From: the human T2T-CHM13v2.0 reference genome, Homo sapiens
DNA length: 64,000 bases
Assembly: GCF_009914755.1 (NCBI RefSeq)
Contig: NC_060940.1
Reading direction: 5' to 3' (one strand)
Below, piece after piece: positions 15,101 to 28,085 of this stretch (its first letter is position 1; the number at the start of each line of letters is the position of its first letter). The position numbers and the translations under genes are program-made. The notes below the pieces were generated by a model. The model was not told where the DNA came from. It was given only the letters and a program-made list of their open reading frames with translations, and made no database searches.

Positions 15101-18100
15101 TTCGATTCCATTCGATGATTCCATTCAATTCCATTCGATGAAGATTCCATTCCAGTCCATATGATCATTCCATTTGATTTCATTCGATGATGATTCCATT
15201 CGATTCCATTCGATGATTCCATTCTATTCCATTCGATGATGATTCCATTGGAGTCCATTCGATGATTGCATTCGAGTCCATTTAATGATTCCATTGGGTT
15301 CAATTCAATGATGATTACATTGGATTCCGTTCTATGATTCCATTCAATTCCGTTCATTGACAATTTGATTCCATTCGATGATGATTCCGTTTGAGTTCAT
15401 TCGATGATTCTATTCGATTCTCTTCGATGGTGATTCAATTCTATTATATTGGATGATTCCATTCGATTCCATTTGATGTTGATTCAATTCGATTCTATTC
15501 GATGATGATTCCATTGGATTTCACTTGATGATTCTATTCGATTCCATTCAATGATGATTCACTTCTCGTCCATTGGATGATTCCATTTCATTCCATTCGA
15601 TGATGATTCCATTCGATTCCATTCGATGATTCCATTTGATTCCATGCGACGGTGAGCAACTCGATTCAATTCCATGATGATTCTATTTGATTCAATTAGA
15701 TGATGTTTCCATTCGAATCCATTCCATGATTATTCCATTGGAATCCATTTGGTGATGATTCCATATGAGTCAATTCAATGATGATTCCATATGGGTCCGT
15801 TCGATGATAATTCCATTTGATTTCATTCGATGCTTCTATTCTATTCCAGTCGATGATGATTCCGTTGGAGTCCATACGATGATTCCATTTGATTTCATTT
15901 GATGATGATTCCATTCGATGATGATTACATTGGATTCCATTCTATGATTCCATTCAATTCCATTCGTTGATGATTCGATTCCATTCAATGATGATTCCAT
16001 TTGAGTTCATTCGATGATTCTATTCGATTCCGTTCGATGGTGATTCAATTCTCTTATATTGGATGAATCCACTCGATTCCATTTGATGATTATTCCATTG
16101 GAGTCCACTTAGTGAATCCTTTAGATTCTACTCGAAGATGATTCCATTCGAGTCCATTCAATGATACCATTCAATTTCATTCGTTGATGCTTCCATTCAA
16201 GTGCATTCGATGATATCATTCGATTCCATTTGATGATAATTCCATTTGATTCCATGCGATGATTCTATTCGATTCCATTCAATGATAATTCCATCCAATT
16301 CAGTGATTCCTCTGGACTCCATTTGATGATGATTCCATTCAATGATTCCATTCGATTCTATTCCAAAATGATTCCATTTGAATCCATTTGATGATGATTC
16401 CATTAGATTCCATTTGATGATTCCATTCGATTCCATTTGACGATGATTCCATTCGATTCCATTTGATGATTCCATTCTATTCTATTCGATGATGATTCCA
16501 TTCGATTCCATTTGATGATGATTGGATTCGATTCCATTTGATGATTTCATTTGATTCCATTCGTTAATGATTTCGATCAACTCCATTCGATGATTCCATT
16601 TGATTCCATTCGATAATGATTACATCCGAGTCCATTCGATGATTCCATTTGAGCCCGTTCGATAATTCCATTTGAGTCCAATCAATGATTCCATTCATTT
16701 CCATTCAATGATTCCATTCGAGTCCATTTGATCATTCTGGTAGGGTCCGTTCGATGTTGATTCCATTGGAGTGCATTCGATGATTCCATTCGAGTCCATT
16801 TTATGATTTGATTCGAGTCCTTTCGATGATTCCATTCGATTCCACTCGATGATGATTTCATTCGAGTCCATTCGACACTTCCAATCGATTCCATTTGATG
16901 TTTCCATTCGAGTCCAATTGATGATTCCATTCAATTCCATTCGATGATGATTCCGTACGATTCCATTCTGTGATGATTCCATGTGATTGCATTCAATGAT
17001 GATTCCTTTCGATTGCATTCGATTATGATTCATTTCGTGTTCATTCTATGGTTCCACAGGTTTCCATTCGATGACGTTTCCGTTCGTGTCCATTCCATTA
17101 TTCCATTCTATTTCATTTGATGATGATTCCATTCGATTCCATTCATTGGTGATTCCACTCAATTCCATTCAATGATTCCATTTGATTCCATATGATGATG
17201 ATTCCATTCGATTCCATACCATGATGATTCCATTCGAGTCCATTCAATGGTGATTCCATTCAATTCCATTCGATGATTCCTTCCGATTCCATTCGATGAT
17301 GATGGCATTCGATTCCTTTCAATCATTCCCTTTGATTCCATTCAAAGGTGATTTCATTCAAGTCCATTCGATAATTGCATTCGATTCCATTCTATGATGA
17401 TTCCATTCGAGTCCATTTGATGATTCCATTCAATTCAAGTCAATGATGATTCCATTCGATTCCACTCGATGATTCCATTGGATTCCATTCGATGATGATT
17501 CCATTCAAATCCATTCGATAATTCAATTCAAGTCCATTCGATGATGATTCCAATCGAATCCATTCAAAGATTCCATTCAATTCCATTCGATGATGATTCC
17601 CTTAGATTCCATTCGCTGATTCCACTTGATTCCATTTACGATGATTCCATTCGATTCCATGTGATGAATCCATTCAATTCTATTCAATGATGTTTCCATT
17701 TGATTCCATTGGACCATGATTGCCTTTGATTCCATTCAATGATTCCATTCGGTTCCATTTGATGATGATTCCGTTCGATTCCATTTCATTATTCCATTTG
17801 ATTCCATTGGATGAGTCCATTCGATTACATTCGATGATTATTCCATTCGAGTGCATTAGATGATTGCATTCGAGTCCATTCGATGATTCCATTCGATTCC
17901 ATTCGATGTTGATTCTGTTCAAATCCATTCGATGATTCCACTCGATTCCATTCGATGACTCCATTTGATCCCATTCGATGATTTCCTGTGATTCCCTTTG
18001 ATGATCATTCTATTTGATTCAATTCGGTGATTTCATTTCATTCCATTCAGTGATGTTTCCATTCGACTGTATTCGATGATGATTCCATTCGACTCCATTC

Positions 18101-18173
18101 GATTATGATTTCATTCAATTCCATTCAATAATGATTCCCTTCGAGTCCATTCGATGATTCCATTCGATTCCAT
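12163..18173 (+). repeat. Unit U3, 6,011 bp (-23 ~14149, +16 ~17071, -97 ~17180, +3 ~17590); second part carries divergent alleles
   Basis: Offsets to U1 step 12152 -> 12129 -> 12048 -> 12051, and the indels are visible in the sequence. Confidence 0.88.
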
Positions 18174-21100
18174 TCAACGATGATTTGATTCGTTTCCATT
18201 CGATGATTCCATTTGATTCCACTTGATGATGATTCCATTCGAGTCTATTTATGTATTATATTCGTGTCCACTTCATGATTCCATTCAATTCCATTTAATG
18301 TTGATTCCATTTGATTCCATTTGATGATTCAGTTCGATTCCTTGCAATGATTCCCTACGATTCCTTTCTATGAGGATTCCATTAGATTCCATTCATTTAT
18401 GATTTCATTCGACTCCATTCGATGATGATTCCTTTCGATTCCATTTGACGATGTTTCCATTCGAGTCCATTCGATGATGATTCTATTCAATTCTGTTCTA
18501 TTATGATTCCATTCGATTTCATTCAATGCTTCTATTTGATTCCATTCGATGATGATTCCATCTCTTTCCCTTCGATGATTCCATTTGATTCCATTCAGTG
18601 ATGATTCCATTTGATTCCATCTGATGATGATTTCACTTGATTCCTTTCAATGATGATTCAATTCAAGTCCATTCGATGATTCCATTGGAGTCCAAACGAT
18701 CATTCCGTTCGATTCCATTCAATGGTGATTCCATTCATGTCCATTCGATGAATCCATTCAATTCCATTCGATGATGACTCCATTCGAGTACATTCGATGA
18801 TTCCATTTGATTCCATTTGAAGATGATTCCATTCAATTCCATTCGAAGATGATTCCATTCAATTCCATTCGATGATGATTCCGTATGAATCCATTCTCTG
18901 ATTATTCCATTTGATTCCATTCATTGACGATTCCATTCAATTCCATTCAATGATGATTCTCTTCTATTCCATTCGATGATTCCGGTCGATTCCATTCGAT
19001 GATGATTCCATTAGATTCCATTCGATTGTTGCATTCGATTCCCTTCGATGATGATTCCTTTGAATTCCATTCGATTATCATTCCGTATGAATCCATTTGA
19101 TGATTATTCCATTGGATTCCTTTCGATGATGATTCCATTCGATTCCATTTGATGATGTTTCTCTTGTATTCCATTGGATAATTCCTTTCAGTTCCCTTCG
19201 ATGATTATTCTTTCGAGTCAATTCGATGATTCTATTCCATTCCCTTCGATGATGATTCCATTTCACTCCATTGGATGATTCCATTCGACTCAATTTGGTG
19301 ATGATTCAATTCGATGACATTCGATGACTCCATTCAATTTCATTTGATGATGATTACATTCGAGTCCATTTGATGATTGTATTCCTTTCCTTTTGATGAT
19401 TATTCCATTCGTGTCTATTCAAAGAATCCATTCTATTCCATTCAATGATGATTGCATTTGATTCCATTCAATGAATATGGCTATCGATTCCACTCGTTGA
19501 TTCCATTTGATTCCGTTCGATGATTATTCCGTTAGATTCCATTAGAAGATTCCATTCGATTTTATTCAATGATTCCAATGGATTCCATTCAATGATGATT
19601 CCATTCGACTCCATTCAGTGATTCCATTCGAGTCCATTTGATGATTCCATTCTTTTCCATTTGATGATGATTCCATTAGGGTCCATTCAATGATTCCATT
19701 CGAGTCCATTCGTTAATGCCTTTCGAGTCCTTTTGATCACTACATTCGAGTCCATTCAATGATTCTATTCGATTTCATTCCATGATGATTCCATTCGAGT
19801 TCATTCGATGATTGCATTCGAGTCCATTTGATGATTCCATATGATTCCATTCGTGTCCATTTGATGATTCCATTCATTTCCTATCGATGAAGATTCCATT
19901 CAAGGGTATTCGATGATTCCATTCAAATCCATTCGATGATGATTCCATTCCAGTCCATTCGATCATTCCACTTGATTCCATTTGATGACTATTCCATTCA
20001 AATCCATTTGATGATTCCATTCGATTCCATTCGATGTTACCATTCGAGTATATACGATGATTCCACTCGATTCCATTTGATGATTATTCCATTGGAGTCC
20101 ACTTAGTGAATCCTTTAGATTCTACTCGAAGATGATTCCATTCGAGTCCATTCGATGATACCATTCAATTCCATTCGTTGATGCTTCCATTCAAGTGCAT
20201 TCGATGATATCATTCGATTCCATTTGATGATAATTCCATTTGATTCCATGCGATGATTCTATTCGATTCCATTCAATGATAATTCCATTCAATTCAGTGA
20301 TTCCTCTGGACTCCATTTGATGATGATTCCATTCAATGATTCCATTCGATTCTATTCCAAAATGATTCCATTTGAATCCATTTGATGATGATTCCATTGG
20401 ATTCCATTTGATGATTCCATTCGATTCCATTCGATGATGATTCCATTCGATTCCATTTGATGATTCCATTCTATTCTATTCGATGATGATTCCATTCGAT
20501 TCCATTCGATGATGATTGGATTCGATTCCATTTGATTCCATTCGATAATGATTTCGATCAATTCCATTCGATGATTCCATTCGATTCCATTCGATAATGA
20601 TTACATCCGAGTCCATTCGATGATTCCATTTGAGCCCGTTCGATAATTCCATTTGAGTCCAATCAATGATTCCATTCATTTCCATTCAATGATTCCATTC
20701 GAGTCCATTTGATCATTCCGGTAGGGTCCGTTCGATGTTGATTCCATTGGAGTGCATTCGATGATTCCATTCGAGTCCATTTTAGGATTTGATTCGAGTC
20801 CTTTTGATGATTCCATTCGATTCCACTCGATGATTTCATTCGAGTCCATTCGACACTTCCAATCGATTCCATTTGATGTTTCCATTCGATTCCAATTGAT
20901 GATTCCATTCAATTCCATTCGATGATGATTCCGTACGATTCCATTCTGTGATGATTCCATGTGATTGCAATCAATGATGATTCCTTTCGATTGCATTCGA
21001 TTATGATTCATTTCGTGTTCATTCTATGGTTCCACAGGTTTCCATTCGATGATGTTTCCATTCGTTTCCATTCCATTATTAGATTCTATTCCATTTGAAG

Positions 21101-22176
21101 ATGATTCCATTCGATTCCATTCATTGGTGATTCCACTCAATTCCATTCAATGATTCCATTCCATTTCTTTCAACAATGATTCCATTAGTTTCTATTCGAT
21201 GATCCACTTGATTCCATTTGACGATGATTCCATTCGTGTCCATTCGATGATTCCATTTGATTCCATATGATGATGATTCCATTCGATTCCATACGATGAT
21301 GATTCCATTCGAGTCCATTCAATGGTGATTCCATTCAATTCCATTCGATGATTCCTTTCGATTCCATTCAATGATGATGGCATTCGATTCCTTTCGATCA
21401 TTCCCTTTGATTCCATTCAAATGTGATTTCATTCAAGTCCATTCGATAATTGCATTCGATTCCATTCTATGATGATTCCATTCGAGTCCATTTGATGATT
21501 CCATTCAATTCAAGTCAATGATGATTCCATTCGATTCCACTCGATGATTCCATTGGATTCCATTCGATGATGATTCCATTCAAATCCATTCGATAATTCA
21601 ATTCAAGTCCATTCGATGATGATTCCAATCGAATCCATTCAAAGATTCCACTCAATTCCATTCGATGATGATTCCCTTAGATTCCATTCGATGATTCCAC
21701 TTGATTCCATTTACGATGATTCCATTCGATTCCATGTGATGATTCCATTCAATTCTATTCAATGATGTTTCCACTTGATTCCATTCGAACATGATTGCCT
21801 TTGATTCCATTCAATGATTCCATACGGTTCCATTTGATGATGATTCCATTCGAGTGCATTAGATGATTCCATTCGAGTCCATTCGATGATTCCATTCGAT
21901 TCCATTCGATGTTGATTCTGTTCAAATCCATTCGATGATTCCACTCGATTCCATTCGATGACTCCATTTGATCCCATTCGATGATTTCCTTTGATTCCCT
22001 TTGATGATCATTCCATTTGATTCAATTCGGTGATTTCATTTGATTCCATTCAGTGATGTTTCCATTCAACTCCTTTCGATGATGATTCCATTCGACTCCA
22101 TTCGATTATGATTTCATTCAATTCCATTCGATAATGATTCCCTTCAAGTCCATTCGATGATTCCATTCGATTCCAT
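18174..22176 (+). repeat. Atypical unit U4, 4,003 bp: ~70 bp unit start + ~1.8 kb non-unit HSat2 + unit positions ~3933-6122
   Basis: Matches the unit start until 'cattcgagtc' at ~18245, then diverges. It rejoins at 20056 ('gatgattccactcgattccatttgatgattattccattggagtccacttagtg' = U1 3933). Confidence 0.88.
18246..20055 (+). repeat. Divergent HSat2 segment (~1.81 kb), single copy in this window
   Basis: Still CATTC/GATGAT modules in the same orientation, but it lacks the unit landmarks. It has private words (tatttatgtattatattcg 18246, gaatatggctatcg ~19473, caagggtattcg ~19901), and the ORF translations at 18368-19293 have no counterpart elsewhere. Confidence 0.88.
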
Positions 22177-25100
22177 TCAACGATGATTTGATTCGTGTCC
22201 ATTCGATGATTCCATTTGATTCCATTTGATGATGATTCCATTCGAGTCCCTTTCATGATTCCATTCAATACCATTCTCCGATGATTTCTTTTGAGCCCAT
22301 TCAATGCTTCCACTCGATTCCATATGATGATGACTCCATTTGATGAAATTCCATGATGATTCCATTCGCTTGCATTCGATGATGATTCCACTTGAGTCCG
22401 TTAGAAGATTCTATTCAATTACATTCCATGACGATTCTGTTCGAGTCCATTTGATGATTCCATTAGACTCCATTCAACGATGATTCCATTCGATGTTATT
22501 CGATGATGATTCCATTCAACTCCATTCGATGTTTCCATTCGAGTTCATTCTATTATTCCATTAGATTCCATTCGATGATGATTCCATTCGATTCCATTTG
22601 ATGATTGCATTCTATTTCATTTGATGATGATTCCATTCGAGTCCATTCGATGATTCCATTCGAGTCCATTTAATGAATCCATTGGTTTCAATTCTATGAT
22701 GATTACATTGGATTCCATACGTTGATGATTTCATTCGATTCCATTCAATGATGATTCCATTCAATTCCATTCAATGATTCCATTCAATTCCATACGATGA
22801 TGATTCCATTTGATTTGATTCGACAGTGAGCCATTCGATTCAATTCCATGATGATTCTATTTGATTCAATTCGTTGACATTTCCATTCGATTCCATTCGA
22901 TGATGATTCCATTTGATTCCATTCAAAGATGATTCCATTCTAGCCCATTCAATCATTCCATTCGATTCTATTCAATGATGATTCCATTCATGTCGATTTG
23001 GTGATTCCATTTGACTTCATTTGATGATGATTCCTTTCAAGTTCATTAGATGATTCCATTCGATTCCATTTGATGATGATCCCATTCGAGTCCATTCAGT
23101 GATTCCACTCGTTTCCATTCCATGATGATTCCATTCCATTCCATTCAATGATTCCATTCGATTCCGTTTGATGATGATTTCATTCGAGTCCATTTGATGA
23201 TTCCATTTGATTCCATTCGATGATGATTACATTCGAGTCCATACGATGATTCCACTCAATTCCATATGATGATGATTCCATTCGATTCCATTCGGTGATT
23301 CCATTCTATTCTATTCAATGTTGATTCCATTCGAGTACATTAGATGATTCCATTCGATTCCATTCAATGATGATTCTATTTGTGTCCCTTAGATGGTTCC
23401 ACATGATTCCATTTCATGATGATACTATTTGAGCCCATCCAATTATTCCCTTCGATTCCATTCGATGAGGATTCCATTCGATTCAATTCATTGGTGATTC
23501 TATTCAATTCAATTCTTTGATTCCATTCCATTCCATTCGACAATGATTCCATTCGATTTCTTTCGATGATTCCACTCGATTCCACTTGACATTGATTCCA
23601 TTCGATTCCATTCAATGATTCCGTTTGATTCCAGTGGATGATGATTGCCATCGATTCCATTCGATCACTCCATTCTATTCCATTTGATGATGATTACATT
23701 CGATTCCATTTGATGATTCCATCTGATTCTATTCGAGGATTCCATTTGATTCCATTCGATGATGATTCCATTCGAGTGCATTCGATGATTTCATTCGAGT
23801 ACATCCAATGATTCCATTCGAGTCCATTTGATGATTCCATTTGATTCCATTTGATTATGATTCTACTAGAGTCCATTCAATGACTCCATTCGAATCCATT
23901 CAACAATTCCATTCGAGGCCATTCGATGATTCCATTTCATGATTCCATTCGAGTCCATTTAATCATTACAGTCGAGTCCATTTGGTGATTCCACTGGATT
24001 TCTTTTGATAATGATACCATTCAGTTACATTTGATGATGATCCCATTCAATTTCATTTGATGGTGATTCCATTAGAGTCCATTCGATGATTTCATTCGAG
24101 TCCCTTCATTGATTCCATCCGATTTCATTGGATGATGACTCCATTCGAGTCCATTCGATGATTCCACTCGATTCCATTAGATGATTCCATTGGAGTCCAT
24201 TTGATTGTTCCATTCGATTCTATTCGATTCCTTTCGAAGATTATTCCATTTGAGTCCATTCGATGATGATTCCATTCCATTCCATTCCATGATTCCGTTT
24301 GATTCCATTCGATGATTCCCTTCGATTCCTTTCTTTGATGATTCCATTCCATTCCATTCAATGATTCCATTCGAATCTATTCCATGATGATTCCTTTCGA
24401 TTCCATTCGCTGATGTTTCCGTTCAATTCCATTCGATGATGATTCCATTCGATTCCATTCATTGAGGATTCCATTTGATTCCATTCAATGATGATTCCAT
24501 TCTATTCCATTCAATGATTGCATTCAATTCCATTCAATGATTATCCCATTAGAGTAAACTCAAAGATTCCATTCAATACCATTCGATGATGATTCCTTTT
24601 GAGTCCATTCAATGATTTCATTCAAGTCCATTTGATGATTCCTTTCAATTCCATTCTATGATGATTCCATTTGAGTCCATTCGATGATTCCATTCGATTG
24701 CATTCGATGATTCCATTATATTCCATTCAACGATGATTCCATTCGAGTCCATTCGATGATTCCATTAGAGTACATTTAATGATTGCTTTGTTTTCAATTC
24801 GAAGATGATTACATTGGATTCCATTCTATGATACCATTCGATTCCATTCAATGATGATTCCACTCAAATCCATTGGATGATTCCATTCGTGTCCATTCGG
24901 TGATTTCATTAGATTCCATTCGAGGATGATTCCATTCGATTCCATTCGATGATTCCATTCAATTCCATTCGATGATGATTCCATTCCAGTCCATATGATC
25001 ATTCCATTTGATTTCATTCGATGATGATTCCATTCGATTCCATTCGATGATTCCATTCTATTCCATTCGATGATGATTCCATTCGAGTCCATTCGATGAT

Positions 25101-28085
25101 TCCATTCGAGTCCATTTAATGATTCCATTGGGTTCAATTCAATGATGATTACATTGGATTCCGTTCTATGATTCCATTCAATTCCGTTCATTGACAATTT
25201 GATTCCATTCGATGATGATTCCATTTGAGTTCATTCGATGATTCTATTCGATTCTCTTCGATGGTGATTCAATTCTATTATATTGGATGATTCCATTCGA
25301 TTCCATTTGATGTTGATTCAATTCGATTCTATTCGATGATGATTCCATTGGATTTCACTTGATGATTCTATTCGATTCCATTCAATGATGATTCACTTCT
25401 CGTCCATTGGATGATTCCATTTCATTCCATTCGATGATGATTCCATTCGATTCCATTCGATGATTCCATTTGATTCCATGCGTCGGTGAGCAATTCGATT
25501 CAATTCCATGATGATTCTATTTGATTCAATTAGATGATGTTTCCATTCGAATCCATTCCATGATTATTCCATTGGAATCCATTCGGCGATGATTCCATAT
25601 GAGTCAATTCAATGATGATTCCATATGGGTCCGTTCGATGATAATTCCATTTGATTTCATTCAGTGCTTCTATTCAATTCCAGTCGATGATGATTCCGTT
25701 GGTGTCCATACGATGATTCCATTTGATTTCATTTGATGATGATTCCATTCGATGATGATTACATTGGATTCCATTCTATGATTCCATTCAATTCCATTCG
25801 TTGATGATTCGATTCCATTCAATGATGATTCCATTTGAGTTCATTCGATGATTCTATTCGATTCCGTTCGATGGTGATTCAATTCTCTTATATTGGATGA
25901 TTCCACTCGATTCCATTTGACGATAATTCCATTGGAGTCCACTTAGTGAATCCTTTAGATTCTACTCGAAGATGATTCCATTCGAGTCCATTCGATGATA
26001 CCATTCAATTCCATTCGTTGATGCTTCCATTCAAGTGCATTCGATGATATCATTCGATTCCATTTGATGATAATTCCATTTGATTCCATGCGATGATTCT
26101 ATTCGATTCCCTTCAATGATAATTCCATTCAATTCAGTGATTCCTCTGGACTCCATTTGATGATGATTCCATTCAATGATTCCATTCGATTCTATTCGAA
26201 AATGATTCCATTTGAATCCATTTGATGATGATTCCATTAGATTCCATTTGATGATTCCATTCGATTCCATTCGACGATGATTCCATTCGATTCCGTTTGA
26301 TGATTCCATTCTATTCTATTCGATGATGATTCCATTCGATTCCATTCGATGATGATTGGATTCGATTCCATTGGATGATTTCATTTGATTCCATTCGTTA
26401 ATGATTTCGATCAATTCCATTCGATGATTCCATTCGATTCCATTCGATAATGATTACATCCGAGTCCATTCGATGATTCCCTTTGAGCCTGTTCGATAAT
26501 TCCATTTGAGTCCAACCAATGATTCCATTCATTTCCATTCAATGATTCCATTCGAGTCCATTTGATCATTCCGGTAGGGTCCATTCGATGTTGATTCCAT
26601 TGGAGTGCATTCGATGATTCCATTCGAGTCCATTTTAGGATTTGATTCGAGTCCTTTCGATGATTCCATTCGATTCCACTCGATGATGATTTCATTCGAG
26701 TCCATTCGACACTTCCAATCGATTCCATTTGATGATTCCATTCGAGTCCAATTGATGATTCCATTCAATTCCATTCGATGATGATTCCGTACGATTCCAT
26801 TCTGTGATGATTCCATGTGATTGCATTCAATGATGATTCCTTTCGATTGCATTCGATTATGATTCATTTCGTGTTCATTCTATGGTTCCACAGGTTTCCA
26901 TTCGTGTCCATTCCATTATTCCATTCTATTCCATTTGATGATGATTCCGTTCGATTCCATTCCTTGGTGATTCCACTCAATTCCATTCAATGATTCCATT
27001 CCATTTCTTTCAACAATGATTCCATTAGTTTCTAATCGATGATCCACTTGATTCCATTTGACGACGATTCCATTCTTGTCCATTCGATGATTCCATTTGA
27101 TTCCATATGATGATGATTCCATTCGATTCCATACCATGATGATTCCATTCGAGTCCATTCAATGGTGATTCCATTCAATTCCATTCGATGATTCCTTTTG
27201 ATTCCATTCGATGATGATGGCATTCGATTCCTTTCAATCATTCCCTTTGATTCCATTCAAAGGTGATTTCATTCAAGTCCATTCGATAATTGCATTCGAT
27301 TCCATTCTATGATGATTCCATTCGAGTCCATTTGATGATTCCATTCAATTCAAGTCAATGATGATTCCATTCGATTCCATTCGATGATTCCATTGGATTC
27401 CATTCGATGATGATTCCATTCAAATCCATTCGATAATTCAATTCAAGTCCATTCGATGATGATTCCAATCGAATCCATTCAAAGATTCCATTCAGTTCCA
27501 TTCGATGATTCCCTTAGATTCCATTCGATGATTCCACTTGATTGCATTTACGATGATTCCATTCGATTCCATGTGATGATTCCATTCAATTCTATTCAAT
27601 GATGTCTCCATTTGATTCCATTCGACCATGATTGCCTTTGATTCCATTCAATGATTCCATTCGGTTCCGTTTGATGATGATTCCGTTCGATTCCATTTGA
27701 TGATTCCATTTGATTCCATTGGATGAGTCCATTCGATTACATTCGATGATTATTCCATTCGAGTGCATTAGATGATTCCATTCGAGTCCATTCGATGATT
27801 CCATTCGATTCCATTCGATGTTGATTCTGTTCAAATCCATTCGATGATTCCACTCGATTCCATTCGTTGACTCCATTTGATCCCATTCGATGATTTCCTT
27901 TGATTCCCTTTGATGATCATTCCATTTGATTCAATTCGGTGATTTCATTTGATTCCATTCAGTGATGTTTCCATTCGACTCCATTCGATGATGATTCCAT
28001 TCGACTCCATTCGATTATGATTTCATTCAATTCCATTCGATAATGATTCCCTTCGAGTCCATTCGATGATTCCATTCGATTCCAT
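22177..28085 (+). repeat. Unit U5, 5,909 bp (-23 ~22503, -170 ~23225, -10 ~23935); first ~3.8 kb divergent
   Basis: Offsets to U1 step 22166 -> 21973 -> 21963; 6112-23-170-10 = 5909. Confidence 0.88.

Noticed and set aside
18881-19097. Repeated 15-mer ccgtatgaatccatt at 18881 and 19083 inside the divergent segment
   Set aside because: It is too short and too close to the module consensus to establish an internal ~200 bp periodicity without a dot-plot.
18246-20055. Mobile element insertion (Alu/L1/LTR) as the source of the unique segment
   Set aside because: The segment is itself HSat2-like, with no poly(A), target-site duplication, LTR or non-satellite sequence.
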